DNA of 64,000 nt from Selaginella moellendorffii (GCF_000143415.4 NW_003314322.1:807430-871429); one strand, 5' to 3'. Counted from the stretch's first letter, positions 39,169 through 50,389 are shown. Notes: a model not told the origin generated them from the sequence alone. Program-made: numbers and translations.

Positions 39169-39501
39169 GCTTATAAACCAAAGTGGGGAATGGGGAAATC
39201 GTGCTTTGTATCTCGCGCTCCAACACTGAATTTTTTTAGGAAACTGAAAACCTTGTAAGCAAATAGGAGTCGGGTATATTTATTATATCTCATATATTAT
39301 AACAAACACTGTTGTGAATATATAATATAACTTTCAGAGAGGTATTAAATTAATAAGAATATGCTTAAAATTATGGACAAATAAATTGTCAATAATAAAG
39401 GAATTTAAGAATTTTTTGATAACATCAAAGAGAATAAAGTTTAAAATAGGCATAGTCACAAGTATTAAACTCTTTTAGTTTGGCTAGTCTTGAGAAAATA
39501 T

Positions 39502-40406
39502 ATGGCTTTAAGCATTTTGTTATTGATTTTATCCAGATTAGTTAATGCACCTGAAATCGGTTTTAGACCAGAGGATACAGATCTTATAAATTCAAATACT
39601 ACAACTAGGATTATATCAAATTTACTTTTAATAATAAATGTCAGAGTTCCTCGTCATGCAACACTGCCAGTAGGTCAAGGTATAGTAGGTAGAATAAATT
39701 TGAATGATGAAATATATGGTAGAATAACTGTGTATGTACAAATATGGCTTTACAGTCGTGAGAGAGGGAAAAGCTATAGGCATTGTTCTGTTAATCCTAC
39801 TGGAGAGCGTGTTAACACTAATGAAATGTTACGAGACTTGGTTAACTTAATAATGTATTATCGCCCTGCTCTTATAAGTTTAGGTTCTAGATTGATCGCT
39901 ATAACATCAGGGATTTATGGTATTTATTACTGGGTTAGAAATACAAATTTACCTCATTCTATAAAATCTAGCTTTAGACCATCAAATCAGCTTAACAATT
40001 TTAATGATTGTCATATTTCCTTGAGTACATTAATTAGCTTTACACTTTATAATACTTTATTAGAATTTCAATTTATAACATCTCCAAATAGAAAAGCACA
40101 CCTTTATTTACATCCTAACTGCAAATTAGAATTATATATCGGAAATGAATCAAAGTGGTTCATATCAAGAAATGATATCAATTGTTATCTTATATTACAA
40201 GACGATGGTAATCTCGTTTTATATAATGTAAATAAGAAAGCTGTGTGGTCACCAAATAAGTAAATATCCAGCCAAATTGTGTCATGAATACTTATCTTTC
40301 TTTACAAAATAATTGTAATCTAATTTTGTACCAAAATAACCAGGATATATTTTCTAAAGTACCAAGAGTTAAAACCCTTTGGTCAACTGATACATTTTGT
40401 AATTGA
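39502..40406 (+). CDS. AT-rich intronless secreted protein: unrecognised N-terminal domain plus C-terminal bulb-type (GNA-like) lectin domain; apparent frameshift at about 40261
   Basis: Hydrophobic N-terminus MALSILLLILSRLVNA. Lectin-like repeats HLYLHPNCKLELY and CYLILQDDGNLVLYN..KAVWS. After TAA at 40261, an offset frame (40263-40406) reads NIQPNCVMNTYLSLQNNCNLILYQ..TLWSTDTFCN*, a third repeat. Confidence 0.72.
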
Positions 40407-40833
40407 AACAACAAAAGGAAGGGTTTGTATAAACTGTTTATTGAATGTCATAGTGTTATGTTTATTTAATAATCCAATTGATCAAATGCAAATTTAAAAT
40501 TATAGAAATTAACTGATGGTAGAATATACTAGGAAGTGTTTGAATAACAACCGTTAGATAGTAAAATATTCTAAAATTTCCAAGCATATTCACTAACAAA
40601 TGAAAAATTTTAAACTAAATATTGTAATTAATTTTTTAATTAAAAAATTAAGATCACTGAAGGTCATGGTGACTCAGGTTCAAATCTAATTTCAGGCTCT
40701 TGAGTTGGGATCACTTAATATTCTTAATGTATTCTAAAGAATATTATTCATACTGCCTTGCACTTTAGAAACAATTCGTATCCTTCACTTATGAAATCAC
40801 TGTTCAAATGCAGAATAAACATGCTTGACACTG

Positions 40834-41052
40834 GCGATTCAGCTTCCCTCCTGTGTACACTCAACCAAGCCACAGCAGCAGCAGCAGGGAAAGAGATTAA
40901 CTTTGGAGCCACAAGGATTGCAAGCGCCGAGTACGTCATCCTTGCCCAGTGGAGATCGCGGCCCAGAAAGCTTGAGCTGTTGGTGTAAACGAAGATGGCT
41001 GCTTGAAGCTATGAGAGGATTGCGCCTGTAGCCAGGGCCGAGAATTACTTCG
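40834..41052 (+). pseudogene. Collapsed, inverted relic of the RAF2 gene
   Basis: cagcttcc..cctgtg.tacac, cacagcagcaggga..ttggagcca, catccttg..gtggagat..cccagaaa, aaacgaagatggctgcttgaagcta and agaggattgc..tgtagccagggccgagaattacttc match the sense strand of the RAF2 gene (18020-18465) in order. Confidence 0.85.
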
Positions 41053-41248
41053 ACGAGTCACTCCAACGTCGTTATATTTTTCCGTTTGTTCTATGCATTA
41101 ATATTAGCTAGCAGTCAACACGCTGACCGACAACAGTTTCTTCATGAGAAGCACCTCTTGCATTGCGCGCCTCCTTTTCTCACCTTGCAAAGTTTCTGAT
41201 AAAATGATCGAGCCTTCCCTTTTATGTGGTTGTTTCGTCCAAGAAACA

Positions 41249-42994
41249 ATGCTCGTCCTCAAGGATCTCCATTTTAAATCTGTGCTTGTCTTCGTCATTC
41301 ACTGGATCTTACGGGTTGAGTCGCATTACGCGGTAACACAATACAAAAGAAAAACAGACACCGAAAAAAAGAGAAAGAAGAACTCACCATGTGGTGCCTT
41401 TTGCAGACGAAGAACTGGATTAGCCACGGAGGAGACCTGGGAAATCGACGCTATGCAGCGAGCGAGCACAAGATCAACTTAGAAACCGCACCTTCGCTCG
41501 CTCTCCGGTGGAGATATGTCACTCAGGGAGATGTCTCGGCCACACCGGCGATTCACGACTGCGCGGTGTATGTACCAAGCTGGAACGGCATCGTGGCTGC
41601 AGTGGCCATGGACGGGGCTACGCTGTGGCAAACCAACTTGTCGCAAGTCACAAGCTTGCACCCGGCCGTGTCGAGAGCAACGCCAGTGGTAACCAAGCGA
41701 TGTGTGTTAGTCGGCCTTCGCGGACCTGCGAGAGTTCTTTGCCTGGATCGAATGACCGGAGATCTCTTGTGGATGTCACAGGACCTGGAACTGGCACCAC
41801 ACTCAATGATCACAATGTCAGGAACGGCGTACGATGGGTACGTAAGAAGAGCTACTTACTGTTTCGAGGATTTCCGAGTCACAGCAGCCGCTTTGGTGCC
41901 TGCTTTGCAGAGCTTACTACGTAGGAGTGTCGTCCATGCAGCAGCACGCGAAATCATGTTGCACCTTCCAAGGCTCCTTCCACAAACTGGACCTCCAAAC
42001 TGGCCAAACGGTGTGGTCGACGTACATGGTTCCTCGGGACAGCCAGTACACGGGAGTACCAGTGTGGGGAAGCAGTCCTGCCTTGGACGAGCGCAGAGGC
42101 CTCGTCTACATCTCTACCGGGAGCGTTTTCTCTGTCCCTTCAGAAGTCCGGCAGTGCCAGCAAGCCACCGGAAACTCGAGCAGCTGCATCGTGCCCAGCG
42201 TCTGCTACAATTCCGTCGTCGCTGTTGACACGAGAGACGGAACTATCCGGTGGTGCAGTAGGATGACGATGAGCGAGATCTGGGAGAACGCCTGCCGGAG
42301 CATTCGTCCTCCACCAAACTGTCCTCCACGGCCAGATCCAGACGCTGACTTTGGAGAAAGCCCCATGCTCGTCACCATTCAGCAACAAGGAGCATTGAGA
42401 GATGTTGTCGTCACTGGACAGAAGACTGGCTTCGTGTGGGCTCACGACCGAGAAACTGGAGAGCTCGTCTGGCATGCGGTACTGAAAAGCTTTTGCCTTC
42501 GTAGTAGTGAACTTTGATCGTTGTAGGTGGCTGGACCCGGCGGAAGCGGAGGTGGAGCGAACTGGGGATCAGCAACGGACAACTCTCGAGTCTTCACAAA
42601 CATCGCCAACAGTGACCGCCAATCTTTCCTCCACGAGCCATCGCAGCTTGTAACCACGGGAGGTGGCTGGGTTGCGATGGCTGCTACAACTGGACGCTTG
42701 CTCTGGTCCACTCCCAATCCAACCGGCCAGCCAGCCTACGGTCCCGTCACTTACACACACGGAGGTGTTCTTCTGTGCACGTCCTTCGACAGCAATGGCC
42801 ATGTCTATGCCATCAACTCCTACAGCGGAGAAATAATCTGGAACGCTACCACTGGCTCGACTGTTTACGGAGGCTTCTCAGTTGGTTGCGGCTGTGCCTT
42901 TGTCGGAGCAGGCTATGCTTCGACACCAACGGGCCTGGCTCTTGGAGGCACTCCTGGAGATTCACTGTTCGCCTTTTGTGTCCCTCCCTACTAG
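41249..42994 (+). CDS. Secreted PQQ-type beta-propeller (polyvinyl-alcohol-dehydrogenase-like) protein, 4 exons
   Basis: Signal exon, then NWISHGGDLGNRRYA, GDVSATPAI, VYVPSWNG, ITMSGTAY, CCTFQGS, YTGVPVWGSSPALD, DADFGESPML, GQKTGFVWAHDR, GGANWGSATD, TVYGGFSVGCGCAFVGAGY. Confidence 0.88.
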
Positions 42995-43057
42995 TACTTC
43001 GTTTTGATGAGAAGTTCCAAGGGGAGCTTCGGGAAAAGAAAACGAGCTCACTTGTCA

Positions 43058-45202
43058 TCACCAGTAGTCCTTGCAAGAACACCCACCCGTTGCAAACGTA
43101 TGAAACCGATTTGCGTCTCTGACCACGATTTCCCGATTGGAGATAGTCGATATGTACTTGAAAGCTGTGTGACAGTCGGAACACATCCGGAGATTGTTGA
43201 CAACGCACAGACTCGTACCAGGAGGTGTGTTTATCAGACCGTAAACAACTGCCAGCCTTTCACTGTGGTGGAAAAGCGTTGCTTGCTTCGTTTCCTCGTC
43301 CACATTATGTAGCACCAAGCTTGTGTCTGGCACATAACCGGCTTCCTTGATCTCCAGCGTCAACTTCCTCAGCTCTTCGTAGATCAAGTCCTTCTGTGGA
43401 TGAGATTTATTGGCAGCACCAAACTCGTGTAGCCTGTTTTTCACTTCTATGCAGCTCAGGCCCGGTTCCTTCTTCACACCTCGCCTTTCCATGAGTCGCC
43501 TCACCTTCTTAACATCGTCCCACCTTTCGAGAGCAGCGTAGAGGTTTGACATGAGAAGATAAGCGGAAGGACGTGTCGGCTCAATCTCGTAGCACTTCTC
43601 CGCAGCAATCTCGGCCCGTAGGACATCTTTCTGCAGTCTACAGGCACTAAGCATTGTTAGCCATGCTGTTAAGCCTGGCTCGAACGGCATAGTGTCGATC
43701 ACTTCCTGCGCCTCCTCAAGCCTGCCTCCCCGTCCTAGAAGATCAATGACACACCTGAAGTGCTCTGGCAGCGGGAAGAATCCATGATCTGCCATTGCTA
43801 TGAAGCAGTCCCGAGCCTCGTCCAGATATCCCGAGTGGCTGCATGCGAAAACCAAGCTCAGGAACGTCACGTTGTTGGGCTTGATTCCTTCCAGCTCCAT
43901 TCTTCTCATCAAGTCCTTGGACTCCTCGATATGTCCGTGCTGAGCTGATCCTGCCACTATAGCCGTCCATGCTACCACGTCCATTCCTTCCATCTGATCG
44001 AACACCTCTCTTGCCTCCACCAGCTTCCCGCACTTTGCATACATGTTGACGAGTGCTGTTGCCACGATAAGTTCCCTGTCCAGTCCATTCGCCACCAAGT
44101 TTTGGTGGATCACTCTTCCCAGTGCCAGTGCCGAGGTACTCGCGCACGCTTCCAGAACACTTATGAACGTAGCCGAGCCAGTCTTGACGCCTTCCTGCTG
44201 CATTCTCTGGAAAATCTCGAGAGCCTCCTTCCCATACCCATCTTGAGCGTAGGCCGTAACGATAGCATTCCAGGTGATAGCATCCTTACAAGGAATCCTC
44301 TCAAATACCAACCTCGCGTTTCCCAAGCTGTGGCACCTCCCATACATATTGACGAGCGACGTCCCAACAACAGTCTCGGCTTCCAGGCCAACTTTCTCCA
44401 CCATCTTGTGAATTGCGATGCCTTGCTCGAGAGCACCAAGCGTGGAGCAAGCACTGATCACGGTGCTGTACGTAAACTTGTCCGGAGGGACCTGGGAATC
44501 CATCATCTGGAAAAGAGACAGTGCCTCCGACTCATGCCCATTCTGGGCATACGCTGCCAGGATGATATTCCAAGAGAAAAGGTTCTTCCTGGAGATCCCA
44601 TCAAACACGGCCCTCGCATTTTCCAAGCTGCCACACTTCCCATACATCTCCACCAGCAAGTTCGCAATAAACCTCTCGTTGGACCGGTTGCTGAGGAGAA
44701 TGTGAGCGTGGACTCGCCTCCCCTCGTCCAAAGCTCTGAGACTCCCACACTTCTTGAGCAGTGCTGCGTATTCGTCACCGCTGACTTGGTCTGTGTAGTC
44801 CAATCTATCTACTAGCTGCTTCAAATCTCGACGACCGGTAGCTGAAGAAGAAGAGGAAGCAGAAGCTCGCGGAAGAGAAGAGTCGAAGCTTTCTTGTTGC
44901 ATTTGACGCCTGCTGGAAGCCTCTGAATCCGACGTCCAAGAGGGTCTGGAGCGCTTTGTGATCCTGTTCCTTTTGCTGATTCCTGAGTCATTATCACCAC
45001 CACTTCCATCTGCCCATGCCCACCACGACTGTCCATCCGATTCCATGCGTGCCATCCAGCTCAAGCTGTTGTCGGAGAGAGATTCCACCACACCATCATC
45101 GAGCTTGAGAAAATCTCTCGGAGGCAATGCTGAAGAACCTGCTGTAACAGCACTTATCCCCGACTGGAGGAGTCCCGGAAACTGAGAGGCCGCGCTTTCC
45201 AT
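43058..45202 (-). CDS. PLS-class PPR protein with E/E+ and DYW deaminase domains (organellar C-to-U editing factor type)
   Basis: 714-aa intronless ORF; PLS repeats, PG box KKEPGLSCIEV, HSERLA (HxE), NLRMCSDCH (CxxC), terminal CSCKDYW. Confidence 0.96.
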   Translation of the reverse strand: MESAASQFPGLLQSGISAVTAGSSALPPRDFLKLDDGVVESLSDNSLSWMARMESDGQSWWAWADGSGGDNDSGISKRNRITKRSRPSWTSDSEASSRRQMQQESFDSSLPRASASSSSSATGRRDLKQLVDRLDYTDQVSGDEYAALLKKCGSLRALDEGRRVHAHILLSNRSNERFIANLLVEMYGKCGSLENARAVFDGISRKNLFSWNIILAAYAQNGHESEALSLFQMMDSQVPPDKFTYSTVISACSTLGALEQGIAIHKMVEKVGLEAETVVGTSLVNMYGRCHSLGNARLVFERIPCKDAITWNAIVTAYAQDGYGKEALEIFQRMQQEGVKTGSATFISVLEACASTSALALGRVIHQNLVANGLDRELIVATALVNMYAKCGKLVEAREVFDQMEGMDVVAWTAIVAGSAQHGHIEESKDLMRRMELEGIKPNNVTFLSLVFACSHSGYLDEARDCFIAMADHGFFPLPEHFRCVIDLLGRGGRLEEAQEVIDTMPFEPGLTAWLTMLSACRLQKDVLRAEIAAEKCYEIEPTRPSAYLLMSNLYAALERWDDVKKVRRLMERRGVKKEPGLSCIEVKNRLHEFGAANKSHPQKDLIYEELRKLTLEIKEAGYVPDTSLVLHNVDEETKQATLFHHSERLAVVYGLINTPPGTSLCVVNNLRMCSDCHTAFKYISTISNREIVVRDANRFHTFATGGCSCKDYW

Positions 45203-45509
45203 TGCGGAAGAAGCTCGAGCTTAGCAAACAAACAAACAAACAAAAAAACAAAAACAAAGTTTGTGCAAGTTTCCAACTAAATTTTTGCAGCGTACCTCGT
45301 GGCCACGAATCCAAAACATTTTTAAAGCGTCGATCAAATCCCTGTGTACCACCGGATGCATCAAAGTCAGAGGAAGCAATACTGCCAGTACCCGTGTAAC
45401 ACCGACTTAGCAAAGTATGAAGGAACACGAGAAGGATCGCGAGAGAAAAAAAAGAATCGTGTGATTGTTATCGTATATCTGGAGTGGATTTCCTTACTGT
45501 TACACACAG

Positions 45510-46114
45510 CTACCGTGCTTGAAATGGTGCTTGTGACAAATCCACTGCTTTCTCCAGCAACTGCGCAAATTTTCAGTCAGCTTCTAGCAAGAAAAAGAAA
45601 AGCATGGGAGAAACCTTGCTCAGAGATTTGAGCTCGCGGAAAATCGGTTGCAACGCTTTGGTATTGACTGTGGGAGGCTTCACATCGATCGGCCACACCT
45701 GGAACAAAAAAAAAAGAAAAAAAAAAAACGTGATTGTAGCTCTCGGAGAATGAAATGGCTCGAAATCTTACTAGAAACATCACACCTGGATTCCAAGAAC
45801 TTTAACAGGCTTGACGAGGCCAGGGATGATGCAATCCGGGCCTGCCGCCTCCACCATAGCCTCCTCTGCTAATCCCATGCCAATTGGATCCGGATGCTGG
45901 AGATTCTCGAGTTACAAGACGAATGCGGCCCAATCCCGGGGTTTACCTTCATGATGCTGAGGGCGTAGTCGAAATTCCTGCTTTTGCTGACGATGATCGC
46001 GCTTGGAGGAGAAATTCGAGGCAGCGGAGGCTCACCGGGGCGCGACCGCCATGGCGCGTCTCCGGCGAGCTGCTTCTTCGTCGTCTTCTTGCTTGACGAG
46101 CTCGTCATCGCCAT
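45510..46114 (-). CDS. Small conserved plant protein of unknown function, about 4 exons
   Basis: GDAPWRS..LPRI..YALSIMK / HPDPIGMGLAEEAMVEAAGPDCIIPGLVKPVKVLGIQ / VWPIDV..LQPISRELKSL / ..AVDL. GT-AG introns; resembles an uncharacterised land-plant family from memory. Confidence 0.7.
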
Positions 46115-46285
46115 AGCCAAAGAAGATTCCAGGCTCTCCCCAAGCCCTAAGTTTACGTGCGCATCGCCACCGTCGGCTTGGTAGAGAATATGGACCGTCC
46201 GATTTGAACGGTCAAGTGGAAAACAAAATGGTTTTTTGTCAATTATTTTCGCAAATTTACAAGACAAACTCTTCCTTCCGCAGCG

Positions 46286-47887
46286 TCATCTCGAAGCGAA
46301 CGATCTGCAAGAACAGTAAGAGCAGTGAAAAAGCTTGTTCTTGCAAGAGATGGAGATGGAGAGAAGAAACTATGAAACGAAAGAGTTCCGGAACTTACGA
46401 TCCAAACGAAACCGAAAACGTCGGCCTCAATGTCCTTGGCGCATCGCCCTGGAGCTTCTCCGAGATTTGCTGTAGTTCCTGAGAACCCAAACAGTTTATA
46501 GAACTTGAAAAACAGCGAGAAACCACCTTCAATCCGCTGCTTGTCGACGCCAAAGACGAGGCCGAGGACGAAGATTTCGACGAGGAAGCCAAGGATGACG
46601 ACGATGGGCTTCCGGACTTTAGCAGCGGAGGTTTCGGGGCCTGGAATGCACACAAGGTTGTAGAGGAAAATGACAAGTATCGAAAAGCTGTACCTGTTGT
46701 AAGAGATCTAGCTTGCGCTTGGATTCCAGCAAGCCGGGGCGTCCGTGCTCCAAGTCTTGCACGTACTGACACAGCAACAGAATTCCTCTGTTGGCAAAAT
46801 CTTGCTTGGATTGAACTTCGCCAATCTTCGATTCCTAAACCCACAAGAACACATTCACTCCCGCATATCCTCGGCAAAATCAAGCACATACCAAGCCTTC
46901 GACCATTTGCTGGACAACCTGGACGTCGCCACCGCATTTTACGACGTCGCTTCTCATGTCAAGAACCTGGAAACTATCGAAGATAAGCGAAATGACGGAA
47001 AGGTATCAGTGTCAGTACCTGATTCTTTATAACACCTTGGACTTCGGCACTATCTTCTAAGGCTTTTGATACATCTTCTATTCGCATCGACAGGTGCCTT
47101 CGAGTTGCCTGAGTTTCACATATAGCGGGATGAGGAAAAAGCATACAGAAGACATTACCGCAAGCACTGCCGAGACTTGATCGAACTGCTTCGAAACCTC
47201 CGAAACAGCATTTGCCATATGACGCTTCGTAACATAGAGAAAGTCGGTTAGACGCCATCCCTGCAGCTTCCAAAGCTTAGAATTCGCAACACTCGCATTT
47301 AAACTTACCCGCCACCGAAAGTATCCATATCCCGCAGCGCCAACAACAACCGCGGGCATTGCGAGGGAGGAGATGTTTGCTCCTGTCAAGAACTCGAATT
47401 AGGACGACTGGCCCGAGAAAAATCAATCCCACATACCACTGCCGCTTCCAGAACTTCCATTTATAAATGTGACATCTTTAGAGGCCGCTAACTGCATGAG
47501 TTCCTGCCTTAGTCTCATGAGCTGCAGGGAGCGAGACGAAGTGAGCTTGAGGAAAAAAAGAAAATTTCAATCGCTAACCTGTCCAGCCAATTCGGTAGTT
47601 TTGTCTGAAACCTTCGCAGACACATCCCCGTCCTCTAGATGCTTGGAGATGACCTAAACGCGAGAAAACTTCTATCAATCTCCTCAAAACTATCTGGAAT
47701 GATCGTCTACCTTGGAGAGGTCTGAGATGAAGTCCGTGAGGCGGCCATTATTCACAAGGAACGTTCCCGTCAGTCCTGCAAGAATCACCGCGTGAGAAGG
47801 CGGCGCCGAGCTCGATTGAATCGCGCGCTTACCGGCACCAACGAGAATCAGCACCTTGACGGTCGAGACGCCGGCCTGGAGCGCCAT
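46286..47887 (-). CDS. DUF1664 family protein, multi-exon; 3' end uncertain (46286 or 46395)
   Basis: MALQAGVSTVKVLILVGA / GLTGTFLVNNGRLTDFISDL / AVVVGAAGYGYFRWR / GWRLTDFLYVTKRHMANAV..SKQFDQVS / ATRRHLSMRI. Confidence 0.85.
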
Positions 47888-48006
47888 CGCGAGCTGGAAT
47901 CAAAGCAGAGACCCAGGCATTACGCCCAAAATCTGGCACAAACCCTAGTAGCAGAGTTCCAAGCCCTAGAAAATGTTTTAACAGTACCCTTAGAACATTA
48001 GCCTTT

Positions 48007-48070
48007 AGTCAAACAAAAGCTAAATTCATTCTTCTTCTCTGGTCAACGAAAGTCAAAGGAAGGTTTGACC
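48007..48070. promoter_or_regulatory. Cluster of four W-boxes (TTGACY) in the divergent DUF1664 / hevein-TM intergenic region
   Basis: agtcaa 48007-12, ggtcaa 48041-46, agtcaa 48051-56, ttgacc 48065-70. Confidence 0.6.
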
Positions 48071-48258
48071 ATCCTTGTTGTGCACGACAAGCGATGGAGT
48101 TCATCCATTACCTCACACACCTACACGCGAAAAGAAAAGAAACTAAAACTTTTAGTGAAGTGACCAACAACCTCCCTCGAGCTCTCTCGCGTGATCAATC
48201 CAGCAGAGAATTTCCCCCCATTCTCCTCTTCCACCATCGCCTCTCTTTCTTCTCCGCC

Positions 48259-48675
48259 ATGGAATCGCTCATCGCAATCATCCCGGCATTGCTTATCCTT
48301 TTGCAGCGAAGCAGCGCTCAGATCCCTTGCGCGCCTCCATCCACGTCAATTTGCCCCGGGAGCTCCTGCTGTGGAAAGAATGGCTACTGCGGGATTGGAG
48401 AGAGCTACTGCGGCATTGGCAATTGCCTCTCACAGTGTCCGCTCGCGTACTATCCCCCGCCGGAGCTCCCCGCGGGAGGCTACTACTACTACTATCCTCC
48501 GCCAGAGTTTCCAGTGGAGGAGACGATTGAGCCGGTCGACCGCGGCCACCATAGCATAGCGTGGTGGCTCGGGATAATTGCCGCGGTGGCTGTGGTAGTA
48601 GTAGGGATCCTCGCGGTTTGCTGGCTGGTAACTCGCTCTGTCTCCAGGCATCGCAAGTGTGAGTGTGATTCGTGA
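48259..48675 (+). CDS. Signal peptide + hevein-like chitin-binding domain (CBM18) + Pro/Tyr stalk + transmembrane helix + short cytosolic tail
   Basis: MESLIAIIPALLILLQRSSA|QIPC..CPGSSCCGKNGYCGIGESYCGIGNCLSQC (8-Cys hevein spacing), YYPPPE twice, TM IAWWLGIIAAVAVVVVGILAVCWLV, basic TRSVSRHRK. A possible donor gtgagt at about 48659 could alter the tail. Confidence 0.85.
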   Translation: MESLIAIIPALLILLQRSSAQIPCAPPSTSICPGSSCCGKNGYCGIGESYCGIGNCLSQCPLAYYPPPELPAGGYYYYYPPPEFPVEETIEPVDRGHHSIAWWLGIIAAVAVVVVGILAVCWLVTRSVSRHRKCECDS

Positions 48676-48855
48676 TCTTTCCCTCAACTTTCTTCGCATG
48701 ATCTCTTCCCCGATGAGAGTGATGCCTGTAAGTAATTTGGCTCTCCAAGGAGATAAGTTGCGACATTCTTCACGACATTTCGGGGTCGTGTTCTTATCTT
48801 GTCATGGATTCAAAGCAAAGTTTTCTTTTTCTTTCTCTCTCGCTTGCGTGCCGAT

Positions 48856-50131
48856 CTAGAGCTTTGATGTTAGAGTTTTACGAGCCAGGCAAGCCTGGAT
48901 AGATCCGTGAGGTTCACTCGTTGGGAGGTAGACGTCGTGATCAAACTGCAGATGGATGGAAGCGAGAAATTTCAGAGGAGAAATGGGGACAAAAAGTACC
49001 TTCACACCAACAGTGGGCATGTTGACAGGCAAAAAATGGAGATTTGGCATGTTTAATTCGATCGAGCTGACTTCCGGGACACTGAAAGCTTAAAGAGTGA
49101 CAGAAAGAAACAAGCATGAATTATATACTCGAACCTTCGCAACACCTCTTGTGCCATAAGATAGAGCGTGTTCTGCACGGAGGGGCTGTAGACTCCACTC
49201 TTGGATGGCCCAAAGAATGTTTCAAAGAGAGTTCTTGTGACTTTGTCATAGGTTCCAGTGTAGCACGATGGCTTTCTCGCATATCTGTCAACAAAAACAA
49301 GTTTTTTTATGCGTAGAAATGTTTCTTTTCACCTCCATTTTGCGGTGACCGTCGAAGCAAGCAAGCGCTCTCTCACTTCAGGAAGAAGCGTGAATTTATC
49401 GCGAATAAACCCCTCAAAGCCGGACTGGAAGATCACCGAAAGTTGGTACTTTTTCTTCGATGGTTATGAGATCCACACACCTTGGTTGTTTTGAGCAAGC
49501 TGAGGTCCGTGAATCCAGAGACCACGTCCACGCTAGATTTGTCTCGAGAGATGGTGATCTCCGCGGTTCTTTTTTGAGATCCAAGCTTGAAACCTGGTGA
49601 GGGAAAACTATAAGAACTCTGAAAGAAGAAAAACTTTTAACCGTGTTGGTGTGGGATTCCATCGATTGAGACGCGTTCCCAGTTGTTTTGGACGAGAGAG
49701 ACGCAAGCTCCAGTCACCTGTGCAGCGTTTTTTTAACGTGAAAAGCCACACTCAAAGAAAGATGTGTGCCTACCTCTTTGTATGTATCGAGGAAGTGAGA
49801 GGCAAGCTTGATCCCAAAAGTTTCTATAGACACCGGCTGGTGACAGAGCTTGGCGAGAGCATACACCTTTTCTCACAGGATATGTTGGGTAAGTGGATCC
49901 AGCCAAAACAAAGAAAGATATATAAAGCTTAACTGTGTTCTTGATGGAATCAGTGGCCACGATGCTGGAATTGTCGCCGGCGGAGTACGCAGGGATGCAA
50001 TCCGAGGAGAGAATGATCGAAATTGTCCACTCCACAAACTCGTGATCTTTGCCATCGCCGCGCCACACGCGAGCAACGCGAACTCTCGCCTTGCCGTGGC
50101 ACTGCTCCTTCACTACGATCTCGTCAGGCAT
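48856..50131 (-). CDS. UOX: Uricase (urate oxidase), peroxisomal, multi-exon
   Basis: [87 protein letters not shown]-terminal PTS1 SKL. Confidence 0.97.
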
Positions 50132-50144
50132 GGATTGGTTCTAT

Positions 50145-50355
50145 CGAAACCCCTAAAAATGAATAGGACATCTCACTGTTGGCTTTACTGGCCCAGTAGC
50201 TATCGAAACTGGCGATGCTGCCCACAAAATCTGGATACCTCGGCAGGCGATCGCTGTTGGTGGGCTCTCTCGCAATGCTCCAAGTGGCGAACCCACGATG
50301 GGAGAAACGTGAAAAACGATCGCGATGATGAGGACCAAGAGTTGGATAGACAAAC
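50145..50355 (+). pseudogene. Decayed copy of DEG5 exon 1 directly upstream of uricase
   Basis: tggcgatgctgcccacaaa.tctggat..caggcgatcgctgttg.tgggctctctcgcaatgctccaagtggcgaacccacga..gatgaggaccaagagtt is near-identical to 55560-55765. The start codon is altered and the frame is broken. Confidence 0.9.
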
Positions 50356-50389
50356 ACTATAAGCATCACCAAGAAGGATAAAACTCAAC

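Noticed and set aside
50124-50388. Minus-strand ORFs resembling a small secreted peptide (MSIQLLVLIIAIVFHV...)
   Set aside because: The peptide-like ORF starts at TTG, and the region is simply the antisense of the DEG5 exon-1 relic.
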